64,000 nt of DNA from Candidatus Latescibacterota bacterium (GCA_965205485.1 OZ242180.1:2016001-2080000); one strand, 5' to 3'; positions 39,005-50,206 are shown, counted from the first letter of the stretch. Notes: a model not told the origin generated them from the sequence alone. A program made the numbers and translations.

Positions 39005-40419
39005 ATTCAGCCGATCTTTGCCGTCTCCCGGCGGTCGAGCTGCGAAACCTGTATCAAAAGCGGGAACTCTCGCCCGTCGAGGTTACGCGTGCGGTTCTGG
39101 ACCGGATTGAACGGTTGAACCACACCTTCAACCCCTTCGTCACGGTCACCCACGAACGCGCCGTGGAACAGGCAGTTCGTGCCGAACGCGCCTATATGAG
39201 AGGGGAGGCCGGAATTCTGGCCGGCGTCCCCGGTTCACTCAAGGATCTTACCCCAACAAAGGATATCCGCACCGCCCGGGGATCCCTGCTCTACAGGAAC
39301 TGGGTGCCCGATTACGACGCGCCGCTGGCGGAACGCCTGTCAAACGCCGGGATGGTCCTTCTCGGCAAGACAACCACCCCCGAACTCGGCTGGAAGGGTG
39401 ATTCGGGAAACCGGATCAACGGGCCGGTGCACAACCCCTGGATGTACGGCCGTACCGCCGGCGGATCCAGCGGAGGCGCCGCGGCCGCCGTTGGCCTGGG
39501 TATGGGACCGGTTGCCCAGGGAACGGACGGAGCCGGATCCATTCGCATCCCGTGCAGCTTCTGCGGACTGTACGGACTCAAGCCGTCCTGGGGTCGTGTT
39601 CCCCAGTACCCGGCAAGTGTGGTCGAGTTGCTCTCGCACGCCGGCCCCGTCACCCGCACCGTTCGGGATGCCGCGTTGATGCTCACGGCCATGGCCGGCG
39701 CGCACCCCATGGACCGCCTCTCTCTGCCCGATTCCACCGATTACCTCCTGGAAATGGAAGGCGACATCGCCGGCCTGCGCGTTGCCTGGTCTCCCGATCT
39801 CGGTTACGTCCGGAGCGACCCCGAAGTCCTGTCGATCGCGGCCGGTGCGGCTGTTCGATTTCAGGAGCTCGGCTGTCTCGTCGAAGAGGCACATCCCGGA
39901 CTGCCCGACCCCTGGGACATTGCCGACACGATCTGGTCCGCATCGTTCGCGGGCGTGTTCGAGGACAACCTGGACGACGTCAGGGATCTCCTGGACGCCG
40001 GCCTCGTCGCCGTGATTGAAAGGGGGAAATCCGTCTCCGGGGCCCAACTGGCAACCGCTTACGCGCGGCGCAATGACTACTACCACGGATGGCGTGAGTT
40101 CATGAGCGCCTACGACCTGTTTATCTGTCCCACGCTTCCGGTTACAGCCTTTGCCGCCGGCCGCGATCATCCGGGGGAGATCACGGGGCAACCAGCCAGC
40201 TACCTCGGCTGGACCGCCTTTACGTACCCGTTCAACATCACTGGGCAGCCTGCTGCCACGGTCCCGGCCGGCTTTACCGACGACGGTCTCCCGGTGGGAC
40301 TTCAGATTGCAGGCCGATGGCGCGACGACGCGGGCGTGCTGCGCGCCTCAGCGGCCTTCGAATCGCTCGCACCCTGGGATAAGAAACTCCCCGCCGCCGC
40401 GCATAAGGAAGGGGCGTGA
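39001..40419 (+). CDS. Amidase-signature family amidase
   Basis: SLKDL, GGSSGGAAAAV, GTDGAGSIRIP. Confidence 0.93.
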   Translation: MNSADLCRLPAVELRNLYQKRELSPVEVTRAVLDRIERLNHTFNPFVTVTHERAVEQAVRAERAYMRGEAGILAGVPGSLKDLTPTKDIRTARGSLLYRNWVPDYDAPLAERLSNAGMVLLGKTTTPELGWKGDSGNRINGPVHNPWMYGRTAGGSSGGAAAAVGLGMGPVAQGTDGAGSIRIPCSFCGLYGLKPSWGRVPQYPASVVELLSHAGPVTRTVRDAALMLTAMAGAHPMDRLSLPDSTDYLLEMEGDIAGLRVAWSPDLGYVRSDPEVLSIAAGAAVRFQELGCLVEEAHPGLPDPWDIADTIWSASFAGVFEDNLDDVRDLLDAGLVAVIERGKSVSGAQLATAYARRNDYYHGWREFMSAYDLFICPTLPVTAFAAGRDHPGEITGQPASYLGWTAFTYPFNITGQPAATVPAGFTDDGLPVGLQIAGRWRDDAGVLRASAAFESLAPWDKKLPAAAHKEGA

Positions 40420-40542
40420 CGCCGCGTCATTTCCGTAACGGCGGCGAACGCGTGTTTTCGCGAAAGACGCAATCCACATAAAGACGGCAATCAGGAGAGG
40501 GGAACCCGGCAACCGGGCCCGATTCACGGAAAGGACGGTCCG

Positions 40543-41721
40543 ATGATCATCAAACCCAGAATCCGGGGATTCATCTGTACGACGGCGCACCCCCTCGGCT
40601 GCGCGCACAATGTACAGGAACAGATCGACTGGGTAAGGAACCAGCCATCGCTGAAAGGCATCCGGAATGTGCTGGTCGTCGGCGCCTCGACGGGCTACGG
40701 GCTGGCCTCTCGAATCGCGGCCTGCTTCGGCGCCGCCGCCGGGACCGTGGGCGTATTCTTTGAAAGGCCGGCTGTGAGGAATCGCACGGCATCGGCTGGA
40801 TGGTACAATTCGGTTGCCTTCGAAAGAGCCGCTAAAGACGCGGGCTATTACTCGAAAAGCATCAACGGCGACGCGTTTTCCGATGAAATCAAGGAAGAGA
40901 CTGTCTCGGCCATCAGGGAAGACCTGGGAACTGTCGATCTCGTGGTTTACAGCCTGGCGTCGCCGCGGCGCACCCATCCCCGGACCGGGGCGCAATACAC
41001 CTCGGTATTGAAAACCGTGGGCGAACCGTACACGGGAAAGACGGTCGATATCCACACGGGCGTCGTCTCGGAGGTCACCATCGAACCGGCCACTGGGGAC
41101 GAGATCGACAATACTGTCGCCGTCATGGGGGGAGAAGACTGGGACCTGTGGATTCAGGCTCTCGAAGCGGCAGACGTGCTTGCCGAGGGCGTCAGCACGG
41201 TCGCGTTTACCTATATCGGACCGGAGCTGACCCGGCCGGTCTACGGAGACGGCACCATCGGGAGAGCCAAGGTCCACCTCGAGTCCACGGCCCGGGATCT
41301 GGACGCGCGGCTGAGGAAGAGAAACGGACGCGCCTACATCTCCGCGAACAAGGCCGTGGTCACCCAGTCAAGTGCGGCCGTACCGGTGGTATCCCTTTAC
41401 ATTTCGCTGCTATACAAAGTCATGAAGGAGAAGAACGTCCACGAAGGCTGCATAGAACAGATGTACCGGCTTCTGAAGGATCGAGTCTGTGCCGGAACGC
41501 AGGTACCCACAGACGAGAGCGGGCGCATCCGCATCGATGACCTGGAATTGAGGGAGGACGTGCAGTCGCGTATCGAGTCTCTCTGGCAGTCCGTGACGAC
41601 CGAAAACCTGGAAGCGGTATCCGACGTGCAGGTTTTCCGCGCGGAATTCCTCAAGCTCTTCGGCTTCGGCCTCCCTGCGGTTGACTACGCGGCCGACGCA
41701 GACCCGGACCAGCCCCTTTAG
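40543..41721 (+). CDS. fabV: Enoyl-ACP/trans-2-enoyl-CoA reductase
   Basis: MIIKPRIRGFICTTAHPLGC, GASTGYGLASRI, YSLASPRR, Y..GTIG.AK. Confidence 0.95.
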   Translation: MIIKPRIRGFICTTAHPLGCAHNVQEQIDWVRNQPSLKGIRNVLVVGASTGYGLASRIAACFGAAAGTVGVFFERPAVRNRTASAGWYNSVAFERAAKDAGYYSKSINGDAFSDEIKEETVSAIREDLGTVDLVVYSLASPRRTHPRTGAQYTSVLKTVGEPYTGKTVDIHTGVVSEVTIEPATGDEIDNTVAVMGGEDWDLWIQALEAADVLAEGVSTVAFTYIGPELTRPVYGDGTIGRAKVHLESTARDLDARLRKRNGRAYISANKAVVTQSSAAVPVVSLYISLLYKVMKEKNVHEGCIEQMYRLLKDRVCAGTQVPTDESGRIRIDDLELREDVQSRIESLWQSVTTENLEAVSDVQVFRAEFLKLFGFGLPAVDYAADADPDQPL

Positions 41722-41869
41722 TGGTCGGTCCGGACCCGCCAGCCCGATCGTCAGATCGTTCAGTCCGTTCGGCGAAATTTGAAAATCCCTTTCCCTCACT
41801 TCCCTTCTTCACACCTTCCGTCAGGCCCATCTCTTTTCCGGACAATAAGTTAGGTAATTCCGGTTCCTC

Positions 41870-41885
41870 TGGTACACCCTTTGCG
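41870..41885 (+). promoter_or_regulatory. Putative sigma54 -24/-12 promoter with an IHF-like site at ~41843-41852
   Basis: TGGTAC-N5-TTGC; CAATAAGTTA just upstream. Confidence 0.5.
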
Positions 41886-41986
41886 TAATCAGAGGACGTC
41901 GGGATTCACCAACACCGGACTCCTAGCAGAACAGCACGCTTCCGTGGAGTTCAGTCGCGTATCTGACCGGCTCCAAGGAGGCCCGT

Positions 41987-43522
41987 ATGATGTCCCGAGT
42001 GCTGAGTTGCGCCACCCTGGGAATCGACGCCTATGTCGTGCGTATCGAGACCGATCTGGATTATCAGCTTCCCGCATTCTCGGTAGTCGGTCTGCCGGAC
42101 AACGCCGTCAAGGAAAGCCGGGATCGCGTAACCGCCGCAATAAAGAACTCCGGCAGGATCTTTCCGAACCGCCGCGTAACCGTCAATCTCGCGCCCGCCG
42201 ATATCCGAAAGGAAGGATCGGCCTTTGACCTGCCCATTGCCGTGGGCATCCTGGCCGCTTCCGGAGACATCTCGCCCGAGATCCTTTCGCAATACATCGT
42301 CCTCGGCGAGCTGGCACTCGACGGAGCCGTGCGGCCCGTCCGGGGCGTCCTGCCGATGGCCGTGGAGACCCGCCAGGCCGGTTACAAGGGCATGATTCTC
42401 CCACGCGAAAACGCCCGCGAGGCAGCCATCGCGGGTGGTATCGACGTGCATCCTGTGGGCGACCTGATGGAGACGCTGGACTTCCTTGAGGGTTACCGGG
42501 ACGTACCCTCGCTGGAGGTCGATATCGACCGGATCTTCAGCCAGGCCCTGAGCTACCGTATCGATTTCCGCGACGTCCGGGGTCAGGTTCACGCCAAGCG
42601 TGCGCTGGAGGTGGCCGCCAGCGGAGGCCACAACATCATCATGATCGGTCCGCCCGGCTCCGGAAAGACGATGCTCACCCGCCGCCTTCCCACGATCCTG
42701 CCCGACCTGACCCTGGACGAAGCCATCGAAGCCACCAAGATCCATTCCGTGGCCGGACTGTTGCCTCCGGATACCACACTGGTGGCGATCCGGCCCTTTC
42801 GTTCCCCTCACCACACCATCTCGGACGCCGGTCTGATCGGGGGCGGAACCCACCCGCGGCCGGGTGAGGTCTCTCTTGCGCACCATGGCGTTCTCTTTCT
42901 CGACGAGCTGCCCGAGTTCAAGAAGCACGTCCTGGAGGTCCTGCGCCAACCGCTCGAGGATGGCTTCGTCACCATCGCCCGGGCCATCGTCTCTCTGACC
43001 TATCCCGCACAGTTCATGCTCGCCTGCGCCCTGAATCCCTGCCCGTGCGGATACTTCGGCGACCCCAGAAACGAATGCACGTGTTCTCCGCCGATCATCC
43101 AGCGGTATATGTCCCGAATATCCGGTCCACTTCTGGATCGCATCGACATTCACATTGAAGTTCCGGGGGTCGACTACAATGAACTTACCGATGAACCCGG
43201 CGGAGAAACGTCCGATGCGATTCGTGAAGGCGTGAATGCGGCGCGCCAGGTGCAACTTCACCGCTTCAGAGAGAAACAACACCTGTTCTGCAATGCGCAT
43301 ATGGGGCCCGCGGAAATCCGTGATTACTGCAAGATCGACGGTAAAGGCGAGGAGCTTCTCAAAATGGCAATTACGAAACTCGGCCTGTCGGCGCGCGCCT
43401 ACGACCGCATCCTGAAAGTCAGCCGCACCATCGCCGATCTGGAAGAGGAACAGGAAATCAAACCTCAGCACGTCGGGGAGGCCATTCAGTACCGCAGCCT
43501 CGATCGGAATCTCTGGATGTAA
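41987..43522 (+). CDS. comM: YifB/ComM Mg-chelatase-like AAA+ ATPase
   Basis: [49 protein letters not shown]. Confidence 0.92.
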   Translation: MMSRVLSCATLGIDAYVVRIETDLDYQLPAFSVVGLPDNAVKESRDRVTAAIKNSGRIFPNRRVTVNLAPADIRKEGSAFDLPIAVGILAASGDISPEILSQYIVLGELALDGAVRPVRGVLPMAVETRQAGYKGMILPRENAREAAIAGGIDVHPVGDLMETLDFLEGYRDVPSLEVDIDRIFSQALSYRIDFRDVRGQVHAKRALEVAASGGHNIIMIGPPGSGKTMLTRRLPTILPDLTLDEAIEATKIHSVAGLLPPDTTLVAIRPFRSPHHTISDAGLIGGGTHPRPGEVSLAHHGVLFLDELPEFKKHVLEVLRQPLEDGFVTIARAIVSLTYPAQFMLACALNPCPCGYFGDPRNECTCSPPIIQRYMSRISGPLLDRIDIHIEVPGVDYNELTDEPGGETSDAIREGVNAARQVQLHRFREKQHLFCNAHMGPAEIRDYCKIDGKGEELLKMAITKLGLSARAYDRILKVSRTIADLEEEQEIKPQHVGEAIQYRSLDRNLWM

Positions 43523-43626
43523 TCTCCGTAGAGGGCCGCGCCGATGTCCGCAAAATCCCCTTACTGAAAAACGTCATAGCTTGTTTGTCAGGATTACTGG
43601 CATTTCGTAAACGGGCGATCGTGCCA

Positions 43627-43655
43627 TTGACAAGCCAATCCAGGCCGGCTATCCT
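43627..43655 (+). promoter_or_regulatory. sigma70-type promoter
   Basis: TTGACA-N17-TATCCT. Confidence 0.45.
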
Positions 43656-43787
43656 CGAAAGACCGGTTGTTCCACCGCCCTTCGTTTCGCTAAAGGATGC
43701 CAGAAAACGCTTGACTTTACTTTTTCAAATCCATTTCATTTTTCGTGTACTTCCTATAGGCAACGCCAGCATGAATATGAAGAATCA

Positions 43788-44198
43788 ATGGAACGAGAGC
43801 CCATTTGGAGCGTAAGTGACCGCGCTCTTTTTGGGGCGTTGAATCTGCTCATTTTCCTGTTCACACTGACAGATCGATTTAGACCGCCTGAAAAAGACCT
43901 GGTCGAGAATCTGTATGAGGCGGGTATATTCTCCGTTACGCTATCCTTTCTCATCATAGAAGGAGTCGACTTCATGGGTGCAATGATGAAGCTTGCCGAT
44001 AAGTGGATCGCGGAGAGCGAGGCCAAAACGAGAGCAAGAGCAATAAAGGATCTAAGGGAATTGGAAGCTTCCAGCAGAAGGCGCGAAGAAAAAATGAGCG
44101 CGCTTATGGAGGAGTTGGAGAAGAATCGAAAGGAAGAAAGAGTCCGAAGGGAGAAGATAGCCGAAATGCTGCAAGACGCGGAAGGCGGACAGACGTGA
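43788..44198 (+). CDS. Hypothetical protein: two TM segments plus charged coiled-coil tail, lower GC
   Basis: ATG start; hydrophobic N-half, E/K/R-rich C-half. Confidence 0.65.
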   Translation: MEREPIWSVSDRALFGALNLLIFLFTLTDRFRPPEKDLVENLYEAGIFSVTLSFLIIEGVDFMGAMMKLADKWIAESEAKTRARAIKDLRELEASSRRREEKMSALMEELEKNRKEERVRREKIAEMLQDAEGGQT

Positions 44199-44510
44199 GA
44201 CGTCCTCCGCAATCATCGCAATTGCCCATCGGTGCCTCAGTCAAATGAACCCTGAAGAGCTGAGGCGTCATTCATACCAAAGGTAGTTCCTCTATCCGCT
44301 CGCGGGCAAAAGGGCCCTCTGCCCTGATACATCCCTTCCTCCGCATGCACCGAAAAACCCCTTTCCCATTGTCTTGACATCACCCAACCGCTATATTTGG
44401 GTCGAGTTGTCGACCAGTATCCATATCTCTCCTGAAATCCTGCGGCTGGAACGGGACGGGATGCATCGTCGGGAGAACGGTGAGTTTCTTTCGGGACAGG
44501 ACACGATGAT

Positions 44511-45425
44511 ATGAAGGAACCGATCGTCTATCTCAACGGAGATTTCGTGCCTGCTTCTCAGGCCGCAATCAGGATTTACGACCTGGGCATCATTCTGGGC
44601 GCCACGCTCACCGAAATGACCCGTACGTTTGCTCACGCGCCGTTTCGTCTGGACGATCACCTGGACCGCCTCTACAGGTCGTGCAAATACGCCGGGATTC
44701 ACCCGCCGCTCACTCGGAAGAAGGTGCGGGAGAAAACCCTCGAACTCATACGGGCGAACCGTGAGTTGATTGAACCCGGGGCCGACCTTGGCATCGTACA
44801 CTTCATCACGCCGGGAGAAAACGAGATCTACGCCGGCAGCGCCGCGGGAAGCGTCCGCCTGACGCCGACCGTCTGCATTCACTCCTTTCCGCTGCCCTTT
44901 CGCGTCTGGCGTCACCTCTTCGATCCGGGTGCGCACTGTGTCACGCCCGCCCTGCGCCACATCCCGCCCCAATGCCTGGATCCCAAATCAAAGAACCGGT
45001 CCCGCTTGCACTGGTGGCTGGCCGACCAGCAGACCCACGCGGTCGACCCCGAAGCGATTACGCTTCTTCTCGACCTGGACGGTAACGTCACGGAATGCGC
45101 GGGTTCCAATTTCGTCGTCGTTGAGGACCGCACCGTCTACTCCCCGACCACGCGCAACATACTCCAGGGCGTCAGCCTCCTCACAGTCAGGGAACTTGCC
45201 GCCGAGCGCGGTCTCGACTGGATTGAAAAAGACATTCAGCCATATGACGTCGCCAACGCCGACGAAGCGTGGCTGACTACGACGCCATATTGCATCGCCC
45301 CCTGTACCAGGTTCAACAACATACCGGTCGGAAGCGGTAAGCCCGGTCCGCTATTCAAGGAGCTGCTGACGGCGTGGAGCAGCCGCGTGGGGCTGGATAT
45401 TGAGAAACAGGTCCTCGGCGATTGA
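44511..45425 (+). CDS. Aminotransferase class IV (BCAT/D-amino-acid/ADC-lyase-like)
   Basis: YLNGDFV...HLDRLYRS...DPKSK...ECAGSN...ILQGVS...ADEAW. Confidence 0.9.
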   Translation: MKEPIVYLNGDFVPASQAAIRIYDLGIILGATLTEMTRTFAHAPFRLDDHLDRLYRSCKYAGIHPPLTRKKVREKTLELIRANRELIEPGADLGIVHFITPGENEIYAGSAAGSVRLTPTVCIHSFPLPFRVWRHLFDPGAHCVTPALRHIPPQCLDPKSKNRSRLHWWLADQQTHAVDPEAITLLLDLDGNVTECAGSNFVVVEDRTVYSPTTRNILQGVSLLTVRELAAERGLDWIEKDIQPYDVANADEAWLTTTPYCIAPCTRFNNIPVGSGKPGPLFKELLTAWSSRVGLDIEKQVLGD

Positions 45426-46783
45426 AGCGAACAGCCCGGATCGATATGGCAACGGTCGATATCAGCGGATTCATCGCGAACGCCCGATACGGCGATTTTC
45501 CGGAAGCCGTACGGGTGCAACTGAGCAAGAACCTCCTTGATCTCTTCGCCGCAACCATTGCAGGCCTGGCCACGCCCGCGGCGAATATTGTGGCGGACTA
45601 CGCCGCAACCGCATTCCCGGGTAACGAAGCTACGATCGCTGGAAGAGGAAGGATTGGCAGTGTACCGGGCGCCGCTCTCGCAAACGCCTGCGCAGCGAAC
45701 GCGCTGGACGTCGACGACGGGTTCCGTCAGGCGAAGGGCCACCCGGGCGCGGTCGTGGTTCCCGCGGCGCTCGCGATGGCGCAGGCCGAAAACGCTGCCG
45801 GTGCGGATTTCCTCGCGGCGGTGGTCGTCGGTTACGAAGTCGGGATGCGCGCCGGAACGATCTGGCACGACCATCCCCACCGGGGGCCCAGTTACCACGG
45901 TTCGGGTTCATGGGGCGGCCTCGGCGCCGCGGCCGCATGCGCCCGTCTGTCGGGACTCGGACCCCGGGAGGTGGAACACGCGCTCGCCATCGCCGAATAC
46001 CATGCACCCCTCGCGCCAATTATGGATTGCGTGCGTCATCCGGCCATGGTCAAAGACGGTATCCACTGGGGCGCGTTCGTGGGCGTCGTCGCCGCTCAGC
46101 TTGCGGCCCGCGGATTCACGGGCATGCCCGCGACACTATATGCGGACGAGTACCACGCGACGATGCAGACCCTGGGTACTGACTGGTGGATTGAACGGAT
46201 CTACTACAAATTCCATCCGTGCTGCCGGTGGGCCCAACCCGCCATCGCTGGCGCGTTGGAGCTGCGCAGGACCTGCAATCTGAGACGCCATGAAATCGTC
46301 TCGGTCAAGATCGAGACGTTCGAGGCGGCCACCCATCTGGGCACCCGCCGTCCGGCCAATACCGAAGAGGCACAATACAGCCTGCCCTATCCGGTGGCCT
46401 GCGCCCTTGCACGCGGACGGGTCGGGGTGCCTGAAATAGCCGGCGACGGTCTGAATGACGAAGCGGTGCTCGCCCTCTCGGACCGCATTGAAATGTCGGT
46501 CGACCCCGCCATTGAAGCCCGCTTCCCAGATGAAGCCCTGGCGCGGGTGACCGTCACCACGATCGACGGGCGGACGCATAAAACAGGACCGCAACCCGCC
46601 CCGGGAGACCCGAACACCGGCATCACCTTTGACGACCTCGTCTCCAAAGCCCATCGCCTCATCGAAAGGGACGCGGGCAGGACCCGTACGGAGCATCTGG
46701 TCGAGACCGTGTCGGGCTGTGCAGACCTGAAAACGGTCGAACCCCTGGCCGAGTGCCTCGTTCATTTCGGATGCGAGCCATGA
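45422..46783 (+). CDS. MmgE/PrpD family protein
   Basis: ALDVDDG...GHPGAVVVPA...GYEVG...KFHPCCRW...AQYSLPY. Confidence 0.9.
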   Translation: MKRTARIDMATVDISGFIANARYGDFPEAVRVQLSKNLLDLFAATIAGLATPAANIVADYAATAFPGNEATIAGRGRIGSVPGAALANACAANALDVDDGFRQAKGHPGAVVVPAALAMAQAENAAGADFLAAVVVGYEVGMRAGTIWHDHPHRGPSYHGSGSWGGLGAAAACARLSGLGPREVEHALAIAEYHAPLAPIMDCVRHPAMVKDGIHWGAFVGVVAAQLAARGFTGMPATLYADEYHATMQTLGTDWWIERIYYKFHPCCRWAQPAIAGALELRRTCNLRRHEIVSVKIETFEAATHLGTRRPANTEEAQYSLPYPVACALARGRVGVPEIAGDGLNDEAVLALSDRIEMSVDPAIEARFPDEALARVTVTTIDGRTHKTGPQPAPGDPNTGITFDDLVSKAHRLIERDAGRTRTEHLVETVSGCADLKTVEPLAECLVHFGCEP

Positions 46784-47832
46784 GAATCGCCCTTCTGCTC
46801 TCTGGCGGCGTCGACAGCTCCGTGGCCCTCAACCTGCTATGCAGCGAAGGGCGCCACGAGATCACCGCCTTCTATCTCAAGGTCTGGCTGGAAGACGAGC
46901 TTGCCTTCCTGGGCGACTGCCCGTGGGAAGAAGACCTCAAGTATGCGCGCGCCGTCTGCGAACGGGCCGGGGTACCGCTCCGTATCATCCCTCTGCAGGC
47001 CGAATACCTGGACCGGGTGGTGTCGCACGCCGTGTCCGAACTCAGAGCCGGACGTACTCCCAGCCCGGACATTGTCTGCAACCGGCACATCAAGTTCGGC
47101 GAGTTCGCAGCCCGGATCGACGGCAGCTACCACAAAATCGCTTCGGGGCACTATGCGCGAATCGAAGAAACCAATGGTACATGCTACCTGAAGCGAGCGC
47201 CGGACCCCATCAAGGACCAGACCTACTTTCTTTCCGGACTCAGCCAGGATCAGCTCAAACGCGCGCGTTTCCCCGTCGGGCATCTCACCAAAAAACAGGT
47301 CCGGAGTTGCGCACGGGACTTCGGTCTGCCGAACCAGGACCGCAAAGACAGCCAGGGCATCTGTTTTCTGGGCAAGATAGGCTACCCCGATTTCGTCAGG
47401 GCGCACCTTGGAGAAAAGCCCGGGGACATCATTGAAATGGAGACCGGCGCCGGTCTCGGCCGTCACCGGGGCTACTGGTTCTACACCATCGGACAGCGCG
47501 AAGGGCTGGGCCTTGCCGCGGGACCCTGGTACGTGGTCAGGAAGGACACCCGCGGCAACATTATCTTCGTGTCCCACAAGAAGCACAGGGCCGAACGGGC
47601 CTTGAGCCGCTTCAGGGTTTCACGTCCGCACTGGATCTCGGGGATACCCGACCGTCACGACCTTCTTTGCAAAATCCGGCACGGCCCCCGGCTCGTCAGG
47701 TGCCGGATTGAATCCGACGGCAAGGCAGGTCTGGACGTTCAAATGGCGGAAGCCGACCCGGGTGTGGCGCCGGGACAGTCGGCCGTCTTCTACGACGGAG
47801 AGGTCTGTCTGGGAGGCGGTGTCATCGCGTAG
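46780..47832 (+). CDS. mnmA: tRNA-specific 2-thiouridylase
   Basis: LSGGVDSS, TPSPDIVCN, SGHYA, KDQTYFL, DSQGICF, YTIGQR, APGQ. Confidence 0.95.
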   Translation: MRIALLLSGGVDSSVALNLLCSEGRHEITAFYLKVWLEDELAFLGDCPWEEDLKYARAVCERAGVPLRIIPLQAEYLDRVVSHAVSELRAGRTPSPDIVCNRHIKFGEFAARIDGSYHKIASGHYARIEETNGTCYLKRAPDPIKDQTYFLSGLSQDQLKRARFPVGHLTKKQVRSCARDFGLPNQDRKDSQGICFLGKIGYPDFVRAHLGEKPGDIIEMETGAGLGRHRGYWFYTIGQREGLGLAAGPWYVVRKDTRGNIIFVSHKKHRAERALSRFRVSRPHWISGIPDRHDLLCKIRHGPRLVRCRIESDGKAGLDVQMAEADPGVAPGQSAVFYDGEVCLGGGVIA

Positions 47833-47898
47833 GCGCAAGTCACCGCGTATAGTTTCCACTCACAAAACGGACTGCTAACGTGGGTAATCAAAATAAAA

Positions 47899-47931
47899 GG
47901 AACAGGGGCGAGATCTTCTCGCCCCTGTTCC
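47899..47931. repeat. Perfect 15-bp-stem hairpin (REP-like or terminator)
   Basis: GGAACAGGGGCGAGA-tct-TCTCGCCCCTGTTCC. Confidence 0.6.
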
Positions 47932-47950
47932 GCAGGGTTTTTCCATTGCC

Positions 47951-48454
47951 ATGAACCGGAATGCTGATTACTGGATCTCACAACTGAATCTGAGAGAGCA
48001 CCCCGAAGGTGGATACTATCGGGAAATTTACCGCTCCGGGGAGACCGTGGGGGCACGGGCCCTCCCTGAGCGGTTCAGCGGTCCCCGGGCATTCTCAACG
48101 GCGATCTACTTCCTGCTCAGGGGTCGCGACTTTTCCGCCCTTCACCGCATTCAGTCCGATGAAATCTGGCACTTCTATACCGGATCTCCCATCACCATCC
48201 ATACGATCGATCAAAGCGGCGTATACGACCGCATACTGCTTGGCGACAACCCTGAAAACGACGAATCCCTGACCGCGGTCGTCAACGCCGGCTACTGGTA
48301 CGGCGCAACGCTGAATGAGCCCCATTCATTCGCCCTGATGGGCGGCACCGTCGCTCCCGGTTTTGAATTCGAAGACTTCGAGCTGGCGGATCCCGCAGAC
48401 CTTTTGCAGAACTTTCCCGAAAACCGTTCCGTCATAGAGCGGCTGACCCGCTGA
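47951..48454 (+). CDS. Cupin domain protein (DUF985/Cupin_5)
   Basis: HPEGGYYRE...STAIYFLL...HRIQSDEIWHFY.G...VAPGFEFEDF. Confidence 0.9.
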   Translation: MNRNADYWISQLNLREHPEGGYYREIYRSGETVGARALPERFSGPRAFSTAIYFLLRGRDFSALHRIQSDEIWHFYTGSPITIHTIDQSGVYDRILLGDNPENDESLTAVVNAGYWYGATLNEPHSFALMGGTVAPGFEFEDFELADPADLLQNFPENRSVIERLTR

Positions 48455-48483
48455 AGCCGAACGTCGTCCGGCCGAGACAAGCT

Positions 48484-49593
48484 TCAATCCGGTTCGGGAG
48501 AGCGTTTCTGCATATACCGGATACCTTCCTCGATTTCCTTCTTCTTTACGGTGTCGCACGAGACCGCCCGGCCGATCGCCTCCGGAAGAACAAACCGGAT
48601 CACGCCATCCCGCGCTTTCTTGTCGCTCGCCATGCGCCCGATCAGTTTGCCCGGTTCAAGCGCGCGGGCGCCGGACGGGATCCCGAGTCTTTCGATCAGT
48701 GCGTTCTGGCGTTGCAGTTCGGCCGGTTTCCACATCCCCTTGATGACGCCGATTCTGCCCGCGGCCAGCATGCCGAGCATAACCGCCTCTCCGTGTTTGT
48801 AAACGGTGTAATCCGTCACCGCCTCTATGGCGTGTCCCACCGTGTGGCCATAGTTAAGGATTTCCCTCAATCCCGCCTCGTTCTCATCCGCCGCCACCAC
48901 GTCCGCCTTTATTCGGCAGTTTCGTGCAATCAAACCAACCAGCTGTCGGGGTTCAATTGCCAGATCCGCCACTTTCTCAATCTTGCTCTCGAGGAATTGC
49001 ACGAGCGCTTCGTCGCGGATCAATCCGTGTTTGATCACCTCGGCCATGCCGGCAACCACCTCCCGCCTGGGCAGGGTCATCAGCGTTTCGGTGTCAATAT
49101 ATACCAGCTTCGGCTGATAAAAAGCCCCGATCATATTCTTGCCGAGCGGGTGATCGACCCCGGTCTTGCCGCCCACGCTGGCGTCGACCTGCGCCTCCAG
49201 GGTGGTCGGGACCTGCACGAAATCGATACCTCGCAGGTAGGTGGCCGCCACAAATCCGGCCGTATCGCCCACGACACCGCCCCCCAGCGCGACGATGCAG
49301 CTGCGCCGGTCCAGGCCCGTCCGTATCAGTTCGCCATAGATCCGGCCCGCTGTCTCCAGCGTCTTGAATTCCTCTCCATCCGGGATCTCTACCACCGTTG
49401 ACGACACACCCTGCGCCTCGAAACCGGCCCTGACCGGATCCAGGTAGAGCGACGCAACCGTCGGATTGGTCACGATCGCCGCAACCGAACCCAGTTCCTT
49501 CGCCGCGTACGCCCTGCCGAAATCGGACAGGATCCCGTGTCCGATCAGGATCGGATAACTGCGGCTGTCCAGATCGACCCGAACGGTTTCCAT
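48484..49593 (-). CDS. aroB: 3-dehydroquinate synthase
   Basis: GGGVVGD, VPTTL.AQVDASVGGKT, LNYGHT.GHA, HGEAV. Confidence 0.95.
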   Translation of the reverse strand: METVRVDLDSRSYPILIGHGILSDFGRAYAAKELGSVAAIVTNPTVASLYLDPVRAGFEAQGVSSTVVEIPDGEEFKTLETAGRIYGELIRTGLDRRSCIVALGGGVVGDTAGFVAATYLRGIDFVQVPTTLEAQVDASVGGKTGVDHPLGKNMIGAFYQPKLVYIDTETLMTLPRREVVAGMAEVIKHGLIRDEALVQFLESKIEKVADLAIEPRQLVGLIARNCRIKADVVAADENEAGLREILNYGHTVGHAIEAVTDYTVYKHGEAVMLGMLAAGRIGVIKGMWKPAELQRQNALIERLGIPSGARALEPGKLIGRMASDKKARDGVIRFVLPEAIGRAVSCDTVKKKEIEEGIRYMQKRSPEPD

Positions 49594-49642
49594 ACGCCTC
49601 AGTACGCCTTTCGATAATTAGGACACCGGCCTTCAAACGCCC

Positions 49643-50206
49643 TTATTTCAATACAACGCCCTTTAATGCCGTTACTGCCAGTTGAACGGTCTCGTCGGGC
49701 GTGCGGTACTCGGTTGACTCCACGAATGCGTCCGCCCGGTCGTAAAACGGCGCCCGGTCGGCAAGCATCGACCGGATCTTCGCCATCCGGTGTTCGTCGT
49801 TCAATCCGGCCATCAGCGGCCGTTCCCCGTCTGTCCTGCGCAGGCGCGTGAAGATCGTCTCCGCCGATGCCCGAAGACACAGGCAGACGCCGGATTTGCG
49901 AATCGTGTCCCAGTTGTCCTCCTGAGTCACGGCGCCGCCGCCCAATGCGATCACGGCATCGGGCATTCCGGCCGCCCTCGCCACGCAACCGCGCTCGATG
50001 CGACGGAATGCGGCCTCGCCGTCTTCCGCGAAGATCCTGGGGATCGACTTCCCGGCGGTCTCCACGATCAATTCGTCCGTATCCACAAATATCCTCTTCA
50101 GACGCCGCGCGAGAAGTGAGCCGATCTTGCTCTTTCCCGTTGCCATGAAACCGGCCAGGAAAACCTGTCTGCCCTGCAGCGGAGAAGAGTGCCCGGTCCG
50201 ACTCAC
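49643..50206 (-). CDS. aroK: Shikimate kinase
   Basis: GFMATGKS, DTD, GEAAFR, LGGG, RPL. Confidence 0.93.
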   Translation of the reverse strand: MSRTGHSSPLQGRQVFLAGFMATGKSKIGSLLARRLKRIFVDTDELIVETAGKSIPRIFAEDGEAAFRRIERGCVARAAGMPDAVIALGGGAVTQEDNWDTIRKSGVCLCLRASAETIFTRLRRTDGERPLMAGLNDEHRMAKIRSMLADRAPFYDRADAFVESTEYRTPDETVQLAVTALKGVVLK

